The notes below the pieces were generated by a model. The model searched no databases. It saw nothing but the letters and a program-made list of their open reading frames with translations, and was not told the DNA's origin. DNA of 64,000 bases, taken from Hyphochytrium catenoides (Eukaryota > Protista > Hyphochytriomycota). The position numbers were made by a program, and so were the translations under genes. This document shows positions 53,871 to 64,000 of this stretch, in pieces (position 1 is the stretch's first letter; each line of letters starts with the position of its first letter). The stretch is taken from assembly GCA_900088475.1 (NCBI GenBank), contig FLMG01002763.1, positions 74,776 through 138,775 of the forward strand, written 5' to 3'.

Positions 53871-54837
53871 CTAAAATGGCTTAATACTCCCTGTTCCACG
53901 CAATTGGTTCTTGAGAGCACTAGGATTAGACCAGGAAGAGTGTAGGTAGTCATCGTCGTCAGCTTCTGCTAGCTGCTTCATCTCTTCTTGCTTCTTGAAA
54001 TAATAGGCCATCATAGCCTTCTGCTCCTCCTCACTGATGCCAGGCTCTCGAGCAGGCGGTCCAGCATTGGGCTTTTGAAGCTTAGCGATGACTTTAGTCT
54101 TCTCATTCTTCCCTACTCTTTCCCGGAGCTTCTGGTCCCGAAAAAGTTCCTTGCCAGCCCACCACAACTGGGCAGTGTTCGGGTCCAGAATATCGCCATT
54201 GAGCTAGATAAAGGGTGAGTTTGAGAGCTATTGAAGGTGACGTGATGGGATCCCAGATGCTTACCACTTCAGCGCCAAGAGATACAGGGTCCTCCTCTAG
54301 GAGGACTCTTACACTATCCCATTCTGGCAGCCCCATGGGGTAAGCCATTGTAACCCCTCCTCTGATGTTATCAATCTTCTCTTGGAGCAGTTTGCTAGAG
54401 AGTGGTACTTTCATCGCTACATTGTTCTTATCAATGGCTTGTAGGGCGTCCTTGCAAACCTTGTCTAGCACTTCGGCCAGCTGGGGACCGGGACTATTGC
54501 CCGTTCGTTCTCCCAGAGGATCCTCCGCATAGTTTGGACCCTACGTATAGGGAAAAATTAAAAGCTGGAATATGAGAAACCTCTTCTTGAAGCATCTGCT
54601 CACCTTCTCAATCCTCTCTCCGCCCTGCTCTTGGATGTGATCTATGCCCTTCTTCTCCGGGTGTTTGGCTGGTCCATGAGCAGCCAGTTGCGCCACCGCC
54701 CCGGCCAAGTTCTGGATTCTAAGTCTATTGTTCCAGATGTTGACTAAGTCTCTGATTATTTCATCGCCGGAAGCGTCAACCGTCGTCTCATAGAGGAACT
54801 GGTCCAACTCTGTCTTCTTCACATGGATGACCACCAT
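53871..54837 (-). CDS. CFAP298: Cilia- and flagella-associated protein 298 (C21orf59/Kurly/FBB18), dynein arm assembly factor
   Basis: Exons 54837-54604, 54540-54265 and 54203-53871. Motifs: MVVIHVKK...QFLYET, HGPAK, DPLGERTGN.P, IRGGVTMAYPMGLPEWD, LWWAGKEL, VGKNEKTKVIAKLQK...PAREP, YYFKKQEE, YLHSSWSNPSALKNQLRG. Confidence 0.96.
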
Positions 54838-55389
54838 ACTTTCCAGCTTCTTAAATCGCCCACTTTGCGTACGTCTTCGTCTATCACTCGGCCGGGCCGA
54901 CGGAGCTTCCTGCGCTAATGAAGCAAATCTTATTTAAAAGCTTGAGCTTGACTCGAGGGAGACTCTTTGCTTCGGTCAATGCCTGCTTTAACGGACGATG
55001 ATGTGCTTTTTCTGAAGCTTGATCGGCGGTCTTCCGCGAGTTGTGATGAGGGACGTGACGTGTCGCTTCGTCTTGTTGCTGCCTCTGACCTCTGACGAGC
55101 TCTTTGTTGGTGTTGTTGAAGTGTGTCGGCGAGCACATCAAGGGCTGAACTAAGTGTTTCGGTATTTTGAATACACAACCAGTATTAAGCTATAACCTGA
55201 ATATGAACAATATTTATTAGCGAAAAGTGTTCTTTGATGATAGCGGTTAGCGGCACATTGCAGGCCACACAGCCTCTGGGGACAACCGTCGTCCTCCAAG
55301 GGGGTAGGTACACACCGTGCTGGCCGTAGTAAGCTACTCATCATAGGGCCCTTGATAGTTATCGGGGTTACTCACCTACAGTCACTGAG

Positions 55390-56823
55390 ATGGGTGGTCT
55401 ACTTTGTCGTCAATCCACGCAAAGCAGTGGCTGTGGATGTGAAGGACAGGACCTGCCAGAGATGAGGAACTCTCATCACTGGAGGACGGGAGTGGAGGTG
55501 GGAGGGCGAAGCTTCTCAAGAACAGTTAAGGAAAGAGAGAAGATTACTGTACATATCTAATCCTTCGCCGCTGCGGTTAATTATTCTCGGACAGATCGCT
55601 AATCTAGGGCTTGGATGGACTGGGTCCATAAGTGCTCATTCTCTCCAACCAGCACTAGTATCGGATACAGTTCACTATTCTTGGCAGGAGATTCGGGTGG
55701 TTCTTGCAATGGCTAGAAAGCTCGCCGCCGCCCCTCAAACAGATTTTCCCCTTATCATTGTGACAGGAGAGGCATCTTCATAGTATGACCCGTTACTCTG
55801 TCTCCTTTCTCGTCCATCTCTCTCGCTGTCGCTTTCTCTATCGTTCCCTACTCTTTCATAGCATCTTCGTCTCTCTCGCCTTCTCTGTCTTTGGCTCTGT
55901 GTCTCTCTGGTCCTCTTGCTGTGGCACTGTTGGTCTACATTGGAGTTCTCTTGTTGACCAAAAGCATGAATGTTATCCTCTGTCACTTGTCTCTATTGCA
56001 ATCCACAAGAGTGTCTGTCATCTTCACTAACTTGGATGAGTCTCAGCAGCAGCCAGATGAATCTCTGCGGGCGAGGAAGAGTGAAGCCAACATCCAAGTG
56101 ACTTGGGAAAAGATCCGTGAGCAACTCACTACCATCAAGAGAAACCGTGGAAGTTTATTGCTGGCCTAAGTGTACGGTTTATTAAGACAGAAAGCATGTA
56201 TAGTCCTGGCTATGGAGGCGGGTACTCTGCTCCAACTTATGGGGGTGCGGCTACTCAAAGACCCGCTGGAAAGAGTGAGTGGCTCTGGATTGTTACTCTC
56301 TCTCTCTCTCTTTCGCGTCGATCTTTCAGCCATTCTCGTCCAAGTGAAAAGTCCTAGTTGCTGACTTATCTTTTCCCCGACAGCACCCGCAAGCGGCGTC
56401 TTCATGAATGGCATGTACTCGTCGATGTACCAGATGCCATCATATTACCAATCTGCTGATGTCAGCAGCGACCATGCTCTAGGACAATCCAATTACGGTC
56501 TTTTCCAACACCGATCCAGCTCTCCTTATCGTCAGTCGAGTGTATCCATGGGATCCAAATCTCTTCATCTCTCTCCTGTACGTTCCGTCAACTATCCAAG
56601 AAGAACTGCTCCAGATTTCAGCCCAATGGTTTCACGCCTGGATAACGCCGATAGGCAGAGACAGGAAAGCTTCCGAATACTTCCCGGAGAGCCTACTCCA
56701 GAGGAGCTCTCTATTTACGAGCTGGGGAGGAAGCCTAGTGGCTTTGTCTACACGACGAAGGGAAACCAAGCCGTCGAGTTTTGGGATGGGGTGACCAATA
56801 TCCCTCTGGCAGCCAAGCACTAA
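55390..56823 (+). CDS. Hypothetical protein (exon structure tentative)
   Basis: A terminal 139-codon ORF (56404-56823) is preceded by an acceptor at ~56383 and a phase-compatible exon at ~56047-56116. Possible upstream exons are 55390-55497 (MGGLLCRQ...) and ~55595-55771. No recognisable domain. Confidence 0.4.
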
Positions 56824-57348
56824 GATGGACAAGGTAGAGGGAGAAGGACAAAAAGAGCAACCCTGAGGCAGACAGACAAAGGCGTTTCTCGCACAGGCCC
56901 CGCTCTCTTTCTCTCTAACTCATCGCTGTATATATGGTGGGTTGTTGACCACCAGGGAGGTTGATGTAGAGTATAAAGTATGTTTATATGTATGCAGCTG
57001 GACGTTGTCAGGTAAGAGTGACAGCGGTAGGGCGGCAACAGGCATCGACATCTGTGAATTTGAAAGACGTTAGGGTTCTAAGATTGCTGAAATACTCTTC
57101 GAGCCCAAAGGAGGAGAATCGAGGATTCATCCTTTCTCTTTCGTGTTCGTCTTGCCCTTTGTAAGTCAAGAAGATAGACAAAGAGGCGGCGTTAGCTCCT
57201 CTTTGCTCTCGATGCCGCTTGCTATATAAAAAGTGTTCCAATAAAATTTCTCGCATTAGCCTTGTTATTGTCCTTGAAAGCGTTCGCCCACTTGCTTGGA
57301 TAAAGACGCTTTACAGAGAACTCTTCGTTACATATCTTGAGCCTCAGT

Positions 57349-60300
57349 CTAGTGTTGCAAGTGCTGCATAGAACTAGGAGTCTGATAGGTGAAGCCTTGG
57401 AAGGTGCCCGACTGGCGATAAGAGCTGGAAGAAGTGCCTGCGGTTTAGAGATCATGACAAAAGAGTGAGCAAAAAATATGTGACAGAAGAACAAACTGCA
57501 GGTAGATTATTGCATAGCAGTCCAACGCAAGACCTGGCTATAGAGCGCGAGAGAGAGCGCAAGACTCAGAAGGAAGACACAATATAGGATAGCCATATAC
57601 CTAGGCGAGAGTCAGTAAAGCTCTCGATTGGCATGGAAGTGAACTCCGACTCGAAGTTCTTGGCCTCTACAATGCCTTCCACGTTCTAGAGGAAACGGTA
57701 CATGAGGACGTGTCGTGAGCAAATATAGAAGCAACAGTGATCCAAGGGACTTCGAGAAGCTGAGTAGCGATCCGGACAGGACGGCGACGTGTGTTCTCAA
57801 AGGATCATAAAATCCATGCGGTAAGCGTAGGAAGAAAGACTGAGACAATACGATACGATGACTAAGGATCGACAGTAAGCGACGGCCAGGTAAGTGAAGC
57901 ACCAATTTGTATGTGGCGTAACATAGCACAGCTCACCTCGCAGGGCTTGAAAGGCGCAGCAATCTGTCTATTGTACAGAGCGAGCCAATCGATGGGCCGG
58001 AAGAAAGGATGAGTCTTGATATCGTTCGTCGTTCGAGTGCCTGCAACCGAAGTCATCATGAGGGAATGAAGGGAGCTCCTCGCACATAACATCTAGCATT
58101 CAGGTCACCAAAGACAAGACATGAAACCTTCACCTCAAGAAATGGAGCAAGGGCCCCTCGGCGCACATTAGAACATGAGCAGTGCACGAATGGTGAGGAG
58201 CCTTATTATTGATTCTCAGTACCTAGTCTCTCAGCTGGCTTTTTCTGTAAAAAGCCTGCAATCAAGCTTCTTGCTTCAGGCGACATGTAAGCAGGAAACT
58301 CTACTGGAGAGTGGCGGATACTATGGAACAGCTGCTGACGGTTACGTGTGTACCAGGGAGGAAGACCTGCCAGACAATAAAAAGAAGCATATTTAAGATC
58401 GACGAGCTAAAATAACTGCACTAGTGGACGTGACAGGTCATAGCAAACTACGAACGGAGGGACTTAGGTACTCAAAGAGAAAAGGCGAGTTGTGCGGAAC
58501 GGTAGGTCTTGGTGCAGATAGTACCAGTCAACTTTTCTATATGACCCCAATGGTTGGGGGCCGGCGCAAAGAATGGCAACAAAAAGAGAGAGAAAGATAG
58601 AGAGCAAGAGTTCGATGTCCTCAAAGGCGGTATGGCAATAAGAGTTGTGGAGGCCGGTATCAAACGTCTGTACCTGTGATCATCTCGTAGACTACCATTC
58701 CTAGAGCCCACCAGTCTACACCGGTTCCATGACCAAGCCTATCTAACATTTCAGGAGGGAGGTACTCAGGAGTCCCGCACATAGAGTTTGTACCTGCGGA
58801 AGCCGAAGAAGAGTTAGTCTCGTTCCCGCTCTAGGTATAGAAACGTCAAGGTTCACCGTTGATGACGAGAGAAAAAGTCGGCCAATAGAGAAAGAGAGCA
58901 GGAAGTGAAGTCCGCGACCTAACGCCGGACCACTTTCCACGGCATCCCAGCTACTATGCTCTCGTCCTGCTGTAAAGCTGCTCGTGCTCCTTGCTTTTAA
59001 CGCACCTTCCGTCCCATCAAAGACATCCTGTTTCGAGAGACCAAAGTCTGCAAGGAGTATATGCCCTTCCCCATCAAAAAGCAAATTTTCTGGCTTGAGG
59101 TCTCTGTAGACTACTCCAACAGAGTGTAGATACTCAAGGGCTAGGACTATTTCTGCTGCGTAAAAGCAAGCCGTACTTTCCGGGAATCTTTCTAAGCGAG
59201 AGAGATGAAAGAAGAGCTCTCCTCCAGGACAATAGTCAAGGACGAAGTACAGCTTAAAGCGAGTCTGGAAGGCATAATGTAGGTGGACAATGAACGGATG
59301 CTTCGTCGTCTTTCCTAGAACTGCTCTTTCAGTTCGAGTATGCTCTACCTGCTTTCTCTTTTTTACGTTATCCTTGGATAGAACCTGGAGGGGCCAAGAA
59401 GGGATTGGGTACGAAAAGGTGGAGAGGGGGAGGCACTTAGAGCTTGTTGCCCTAACGGTCAGAGGCTTGAGTGCTAAGTAACAAGCAGTTTCAACCTAGA
59501 ACTGCGAGTCCCCACTCTCTCGGGCAACATTTGCGAGCGCTAGAGAGAAGCTTGAGGCCGAGGTCGTGAAGGAAGATGGAGCGCGCCTGCGCAGAACTGA
59601 TAGAAAAGCGAACAAGCCGGAAGTAGGCATACCTTCATTGCATAGAGGTGGCCGTTGTCCTTCTTCCTGACCAGGGTAACTTTCCCATACGATCCTTTCC
59701 CAATCACCTTGATCAGCTCAAACTCATCTAGGGCAATTTTCTTCCCCGGGTCAGCAGTGACCAGTGTCTCTGTGTCTGCTGGGGTGGAGCTCTCTTCTAC
59801 GACTTCCATGTCTTCTGTCCCATCATCTTCTCCTCGCTTTGGTAGGCCCACGCTTTTGGCTATACCCCGATTCTGCGAAGATACTGCTCCTGGTTCTCTT
59901 CGCTGAGGAGAGGTGATAGTTCACCAAGGTGAAGAAGAGGCAAGACCAAGGAGATTTAGTAATACGGTTAATTTAGAAAAGGACAATGCGTAGAAGACTG
60001 TTAGGCGGGCAGTGCAACAAAGAGAGTTCTCTTAGCAGCGGCTATCAAAAGTAGCGGGCCAAGAGTTTAGTATTTGCTACGAAGAACTAGTCCAGATTGA
60101 ACGTACAAAAGGACGGAGAGCTGTAGGTAGGGATCTGAGTATGAAGCATAAGGATCATCTTACCGCTTCTGTCAGGAAGGCGTGCATGGCCTTGGAAGAC
60201 TGGACGTCATGTCCTGTCACGGTTTTGCTCTCCTTAAAGATGCAGGCCAACCATGACTGCAGCTCTATTTGTCTCTTCTGAAGAAAGGTCTCATCAAAAC

Positions 60301-60836
60301 CGCCAAAAACCTTCTTTGCTGGCAGGTGGGGGACCCTGAACCCTTCTTGCCGCAACTACCGATATAACGGAGTTAGCATGCGATGCGAGATAGTCGAGGG
60401 GGATGAGAAAGAGATAAGTAACAGGTAAGCGGAGTTGGCTGATAATGGAGATCAGAACAGACCGCAAAGATCCAGAGATCTAATGAAGGCCAAGATATAC
60501 GTGCGGTCATCGCGCTACAAGATTTGGGATTCTCCCATGATCAGGAGAGGGGCAGAAGAGTGCCGCCAGGGAGAACGAACAACATGAAACAAACTGGCAG
60601 TCCAAGTAAAGAGCGAACATTGGGAAGCTCAACAAAAACGGAAGGGGTTTAACTGTACTGCGTACCGCTTCATCTAGCAACCTAAAGTCATTATACCGCC
60701 TTTCAATCCACCAATTATTGCTGGTGCCATCAGGAGCACGAGCTGAAACCTCCACGACGAAGACCGTGAACTTGCCCGTGGCGTCTCTGACGGTCTTATG
60801 ACCAGCGATCCCTGTGACCAAGAGTACACTCTGCAT
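57349..60836 (-). CDS. PX-domain AGC Ser/Thr kinase (SGK/S6K-like)
   Basis: PX: FTVFVVEV...[13 protein letters not shown]...LPAKKVFG...[13 protein letters not shown]. Kinase: [63 protein letters not shown] tail: NFESEFT and hydrophobic motif FQGFTY. Stop TAG at 57349-57351, ATG at 60836. Confidence 0.93.
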
Positions 60837-63004
60837 CTCTTTGTCTCCTCCTGCACTAGGCAACTCTCCTTACAAAGGAGGAGTTCAGTCTCAATTCTAG
60901 CTCTTCAATAGAGATCCTCGGCCTCTTTGATGCAGCTTCCTCAGCTTTGCTACCAATCACCCACGTGTCTTCACCTGAAAGAGAGACTCCTCCCCCTTCG
61001 TTCTCCTTCGTCGCTCTTCCGGTATTGGATCCTCTTCGCGCACGATCCGAATGACCACCAACGGTCAGCGCGACGACGTGTTTCTTCCTAGAGGTAAGTT
61101 CACTCAATATCCTAACTGCCTGCCGTTTTATCTGGTCCTCTCTTGGGCTTGGACAGCTCACCTCCTGCTTTAGGTCAGCGGTGGAGGGCGCTTAGAGCTG
61201 AAGCTGTGGGCTGGTCAGGAGAAAGCCGGGAAAGAGCAGGCAATGAACACAAAGGGAAGTGTTTCATGGCAAAGAGATGAGAAAGATGATTTTATATAAA
61301 TATGGAGACAGCGTGATTGTTAGTGGTCAGCCAGAGCGCGCTGACGAAGGGAGACAGAGAATAGAGAGAATGACAAAAATGTACTGTAAAGACAGCTAAT
61401 AGAGGGGATACAGAGAAAGAGAGAGACAGCTGGATGGGAGAGCGAGAGAGTGAGAGAAAGACATAAGAGTGACAAGAGATAATCTACTTGAGGAGAGAAG
61501 TCCCATCATTACTACGCTGCCTCGCATTTCTCTCTCTGGCTCCTTTCACATGAACTCCTTTCTCTTCAAGACCTCCCACCCACCCAGAGAACAATATTAA
61601 GGGCGTGATACGTCACCGCATCCTCCGACCGAACAGTTTTTACATCAACCTGATGAAGGCTGAGAAAAGTGATGACACACTGTATGTAAAGAGCTGTAGT
61701 TGTCCGTTTGTGGCTTTAATGCTATAGGCGTGATGAGTCTCGGGTGGTCCAATGATATTTCCTTTCCCCTCAACGCCTACCCAACCGCAGTTCTACTGTA
61801 GAGATGCACGAACTGCAACTAGTTAGTTATCAACAACAAGAATGAGCTAGTAACCTCTATATAGTATGATTATCTTGTAATTTCCGGTCGTCAGTTTCTG
61901 GGGTATTATTCCTAGGGTTGGATTGATGATCAATGATCAATAGAAAAGTAGGTGGCGTTGTTGGGAAATGAAGCTTATTTACTTTCCCAACCCAAATGAA
62001 TGTTCGGCATAGCCTATGATACTGACATTCCAAAGGACTTTTAGAACTATCAAAGTTGGGCATCAAAGGATGTGACTTTTAGAGGGATGTAACAATGCAC
62101 TAATAACCGACGACAGCAGCAAGACTTCACACGGCTAAAATGTCACCCAACGCCTCCGACAATTATTCCGGCAACGAGGCCAGACACCGTAGTATAGCAG
62201 ACAGCCGAGTGAGGCGAGTTACTCGCAAGGAAATGTCCTTTCGCCGGTGCCGCCAAGCCGTCGTGAAGCCGCATTGTGAGCGGCGGGCAATTGTGGCACC
62301 CATTATTAGTTAGATTGAAGGAGCGCCTTATTTTCTGTGATGATGAGGTTGATGGTTCGTTGGAAGTAGGTTAGCAAGACCATGGCATAGATCGATGATG
62401 ATCGTGGTTTGATGATGACGTGATGAACGGAATATAATACTACGTGGACGGAGAAAGACAAGGAAGTGTGGAGAGTTGATGAGGCCTGAGAACGCTTCTG
62501 CACAGCGTTAAAACCCTGAGAACAATCCCACTATTTATAGTTAATAAGGTAACTAGAGATGAAGGAGGCGGCGCCAATAGACCCTGTAGCTGGGCTAAAA
62601 TCAAAGTAAATCAATACGTCGTCACCATGTACTGGCGTCGATTCCGTTAAATACGACTAAGCGGGCACTTGACCAACACATCCAGTGCAGAGCCCTAATA
62701 CGCCGATGATAGTAGCGTTAGGCCGAGAGCCTCCTCAGTCAGTTGTCATACGCCACTTCATCCTTTTTTGGTACGACCTTACACGTAAGGTAGCTCATCA
62801 TCTAGAAGTCTGGAAGCTAGCGACAAGGAAGGTAATAATACTGCAGAAGAGGAACCGTTTTTTTGTGGGCTCGGGTTTTTGGTGACTGCCCCTACTCGAG
62901 GATAGAGCTGAACTTAACGTAGAAGAGTGTCCAGGCACTGGAGGAGATTCATCCTTCATTCTACATATATACAGCTAGTGCCTACCGCTGTTCTGCAGCT
63001 CTTC

Positions 63005-64000
63005 CTATCCACCAGTAGTGTGGTCGGCAGTCGCGTTCAAATACCATTGGGGGAGTCCATTTGGGAAGAAGTAGTCCATTTCCAGCGGACTGAGGCTGAG
63101 ATTTGACTCGAGCGTCCAGTTTGCGGGTCTAATCAGCTTGGAAGTGTTACAGGCAGTTGCTCGCCTTGCCTCCAAATGAAGATAGAGGAGGGAACTCATT
63201 GGTTGCGGGTAAACAAAAGGATCGAACGTCCTTGATTGCTCTCTCATAGATGATCCTCCATTCGAACCTCCTTGAATACCCAGATGTTCCCCCATGCTAG
63301 GATTGGTAGAGTACAGCTTCCTACCGGTGCCTCCCATGTACCAGCTCCAGATCCAGTCAAAACTGTAAACGCTGCTCCGCTCCAAGTTGCACTCAAACTC
63401 TTCGAGAACATTTCTGGTGAAAACGCTCAAGGCGCTTCCACTGGTTGCCTTTTCACATAGCTCGTCTACACACTGCCTGAGATCATGACAACAGCTGTTA
63501 TAGAGGGTGAGGTGTCCGTCGGTCTTGTTCATGTTCCTAACGACGTATGGGATCCAATCTGGATGCAAGGCCGTATCTGAGTCACCCGTCAGGCAAAGAT
63601 CAAAGTTGCTCTCGATACATTCTTGGCGAAAAAGGTCAGTGACACCATCACCCCGACGGCCAAGAGCACTATTGTGTACGTGAATTAGTCGCTCCATCGT
63701 AGGAAACTTCTCAAGAATGAATTCTAAGGTAAACGCAGTGCTTGAGTCATCGAAGACCCAGATGTGGATGTACGGCCTCCATTCGGGGTGTTGTTCAATC
63801 GATAAGGCCAGAGTCTTTGCGAACAGCTCAACATATGGCTGCCGGTTACGTATAAGCACGCCAACCATGATATGTGGGCGGTCCACTGTCAGAATGGGCC
63901 GCATGGTCCCTGGAGACCCAACCGAGCACTTATAGGGTTTGCCGTTCTTATCCGTGTATGCAGCAGCAGTGGTTGGCGTTATCGTAGTTGCTGGTTCCGT
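63005..64000 (-). CDS. Putative GT-A fold glycosyltransferase (GT2-like), 5' end outside the window
   Basis: The frame stays open from the window edge to the TAG at 63005. Motifs: ILIRNR-like N-terminal strand, IWVFDDSST, DxD motif LTGDSD..LHPDW, SFDWIW, PSMGEHLG. No introns over ~1 kb. Confidence 0.7.
   Translation of the reverse strand, partial: TEPATTITPTTAAAYTDKNGKPYKCSVGSPGTMRPILTVDRPHIMVGVLIRNRQPYVELFAKTLALSIEQHPEWRPYIHIWVFDDSSTAFTLEFILEKFPTMERLIHVHNSALGRRGDGVTDLFRQECIESNFDLCLTGDSDTALHPDWIPYVVRNMNKTDGHLTLYNSCCHDLRQCVDELCEKATSGSALSVFTRNVLEEFECNLERSSVYSFDWIWSWYMGGTGRKLYSTNPSMGEHLGIQGGSNGGSSMREQSRTFDPFVYPQPMSSLLYLHLEARRATACNTSKLIRPANWTLESNLSLSPLEMDYFFPNGLPQWYLNATADHTTGG

Noticed and set aside
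61600-62950. Short ORFs and possible decayed coding fragments between the kinase and the glycosyltransferase
   Set aside because: Frequent stops in all frames and no recognisable family.

Overview
Intron-rich eukaryotic nuclear DNA of roughly 50% GC, with short GT-AG introns, CTAAC/CTGAC-like branch points and four N-gaps. There are no prokaryotic features. Gene content suggests a flagellated stramenopile (inference). Splicing by hand gives these genes: a myosin with an ankyrin+FYVE tail (+), NSUN2/Trm4 m5C methyltransferase (-), a P2B/PMCA-type Ca2+-ATPase (+), a large PX-helical-RCC1-TBC RabGAP (-), SEC16 (+), a membrane-anchored protein with an internally duplicated domain (-), FIS1 (-; five tiny exons, missed by the ORF track), CFAP298 (-), a hypothetical gene (+), a PX-AGC kinase (-) and an intronless GT-A glycosyltransferase cut by the window edge (-). 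The accessory zone at 47.9-53.7 kb holds a decayed IS630/Tc1/mariner-like DDE transposase folded into a long diverged inverted repeat. It also holds a spliced, frame-preserving but stop-riddled gene relic. Several 50-100 bp two-copy tandem duplications occur, two of them straddling stop codons. The most novel-looking items are the PX-(BAR-like)-RCC1-TBC architecture, the TE-derived hairpin and the nonsense-riddled spliced relic. All family calls come from motif recognition, not database searches.
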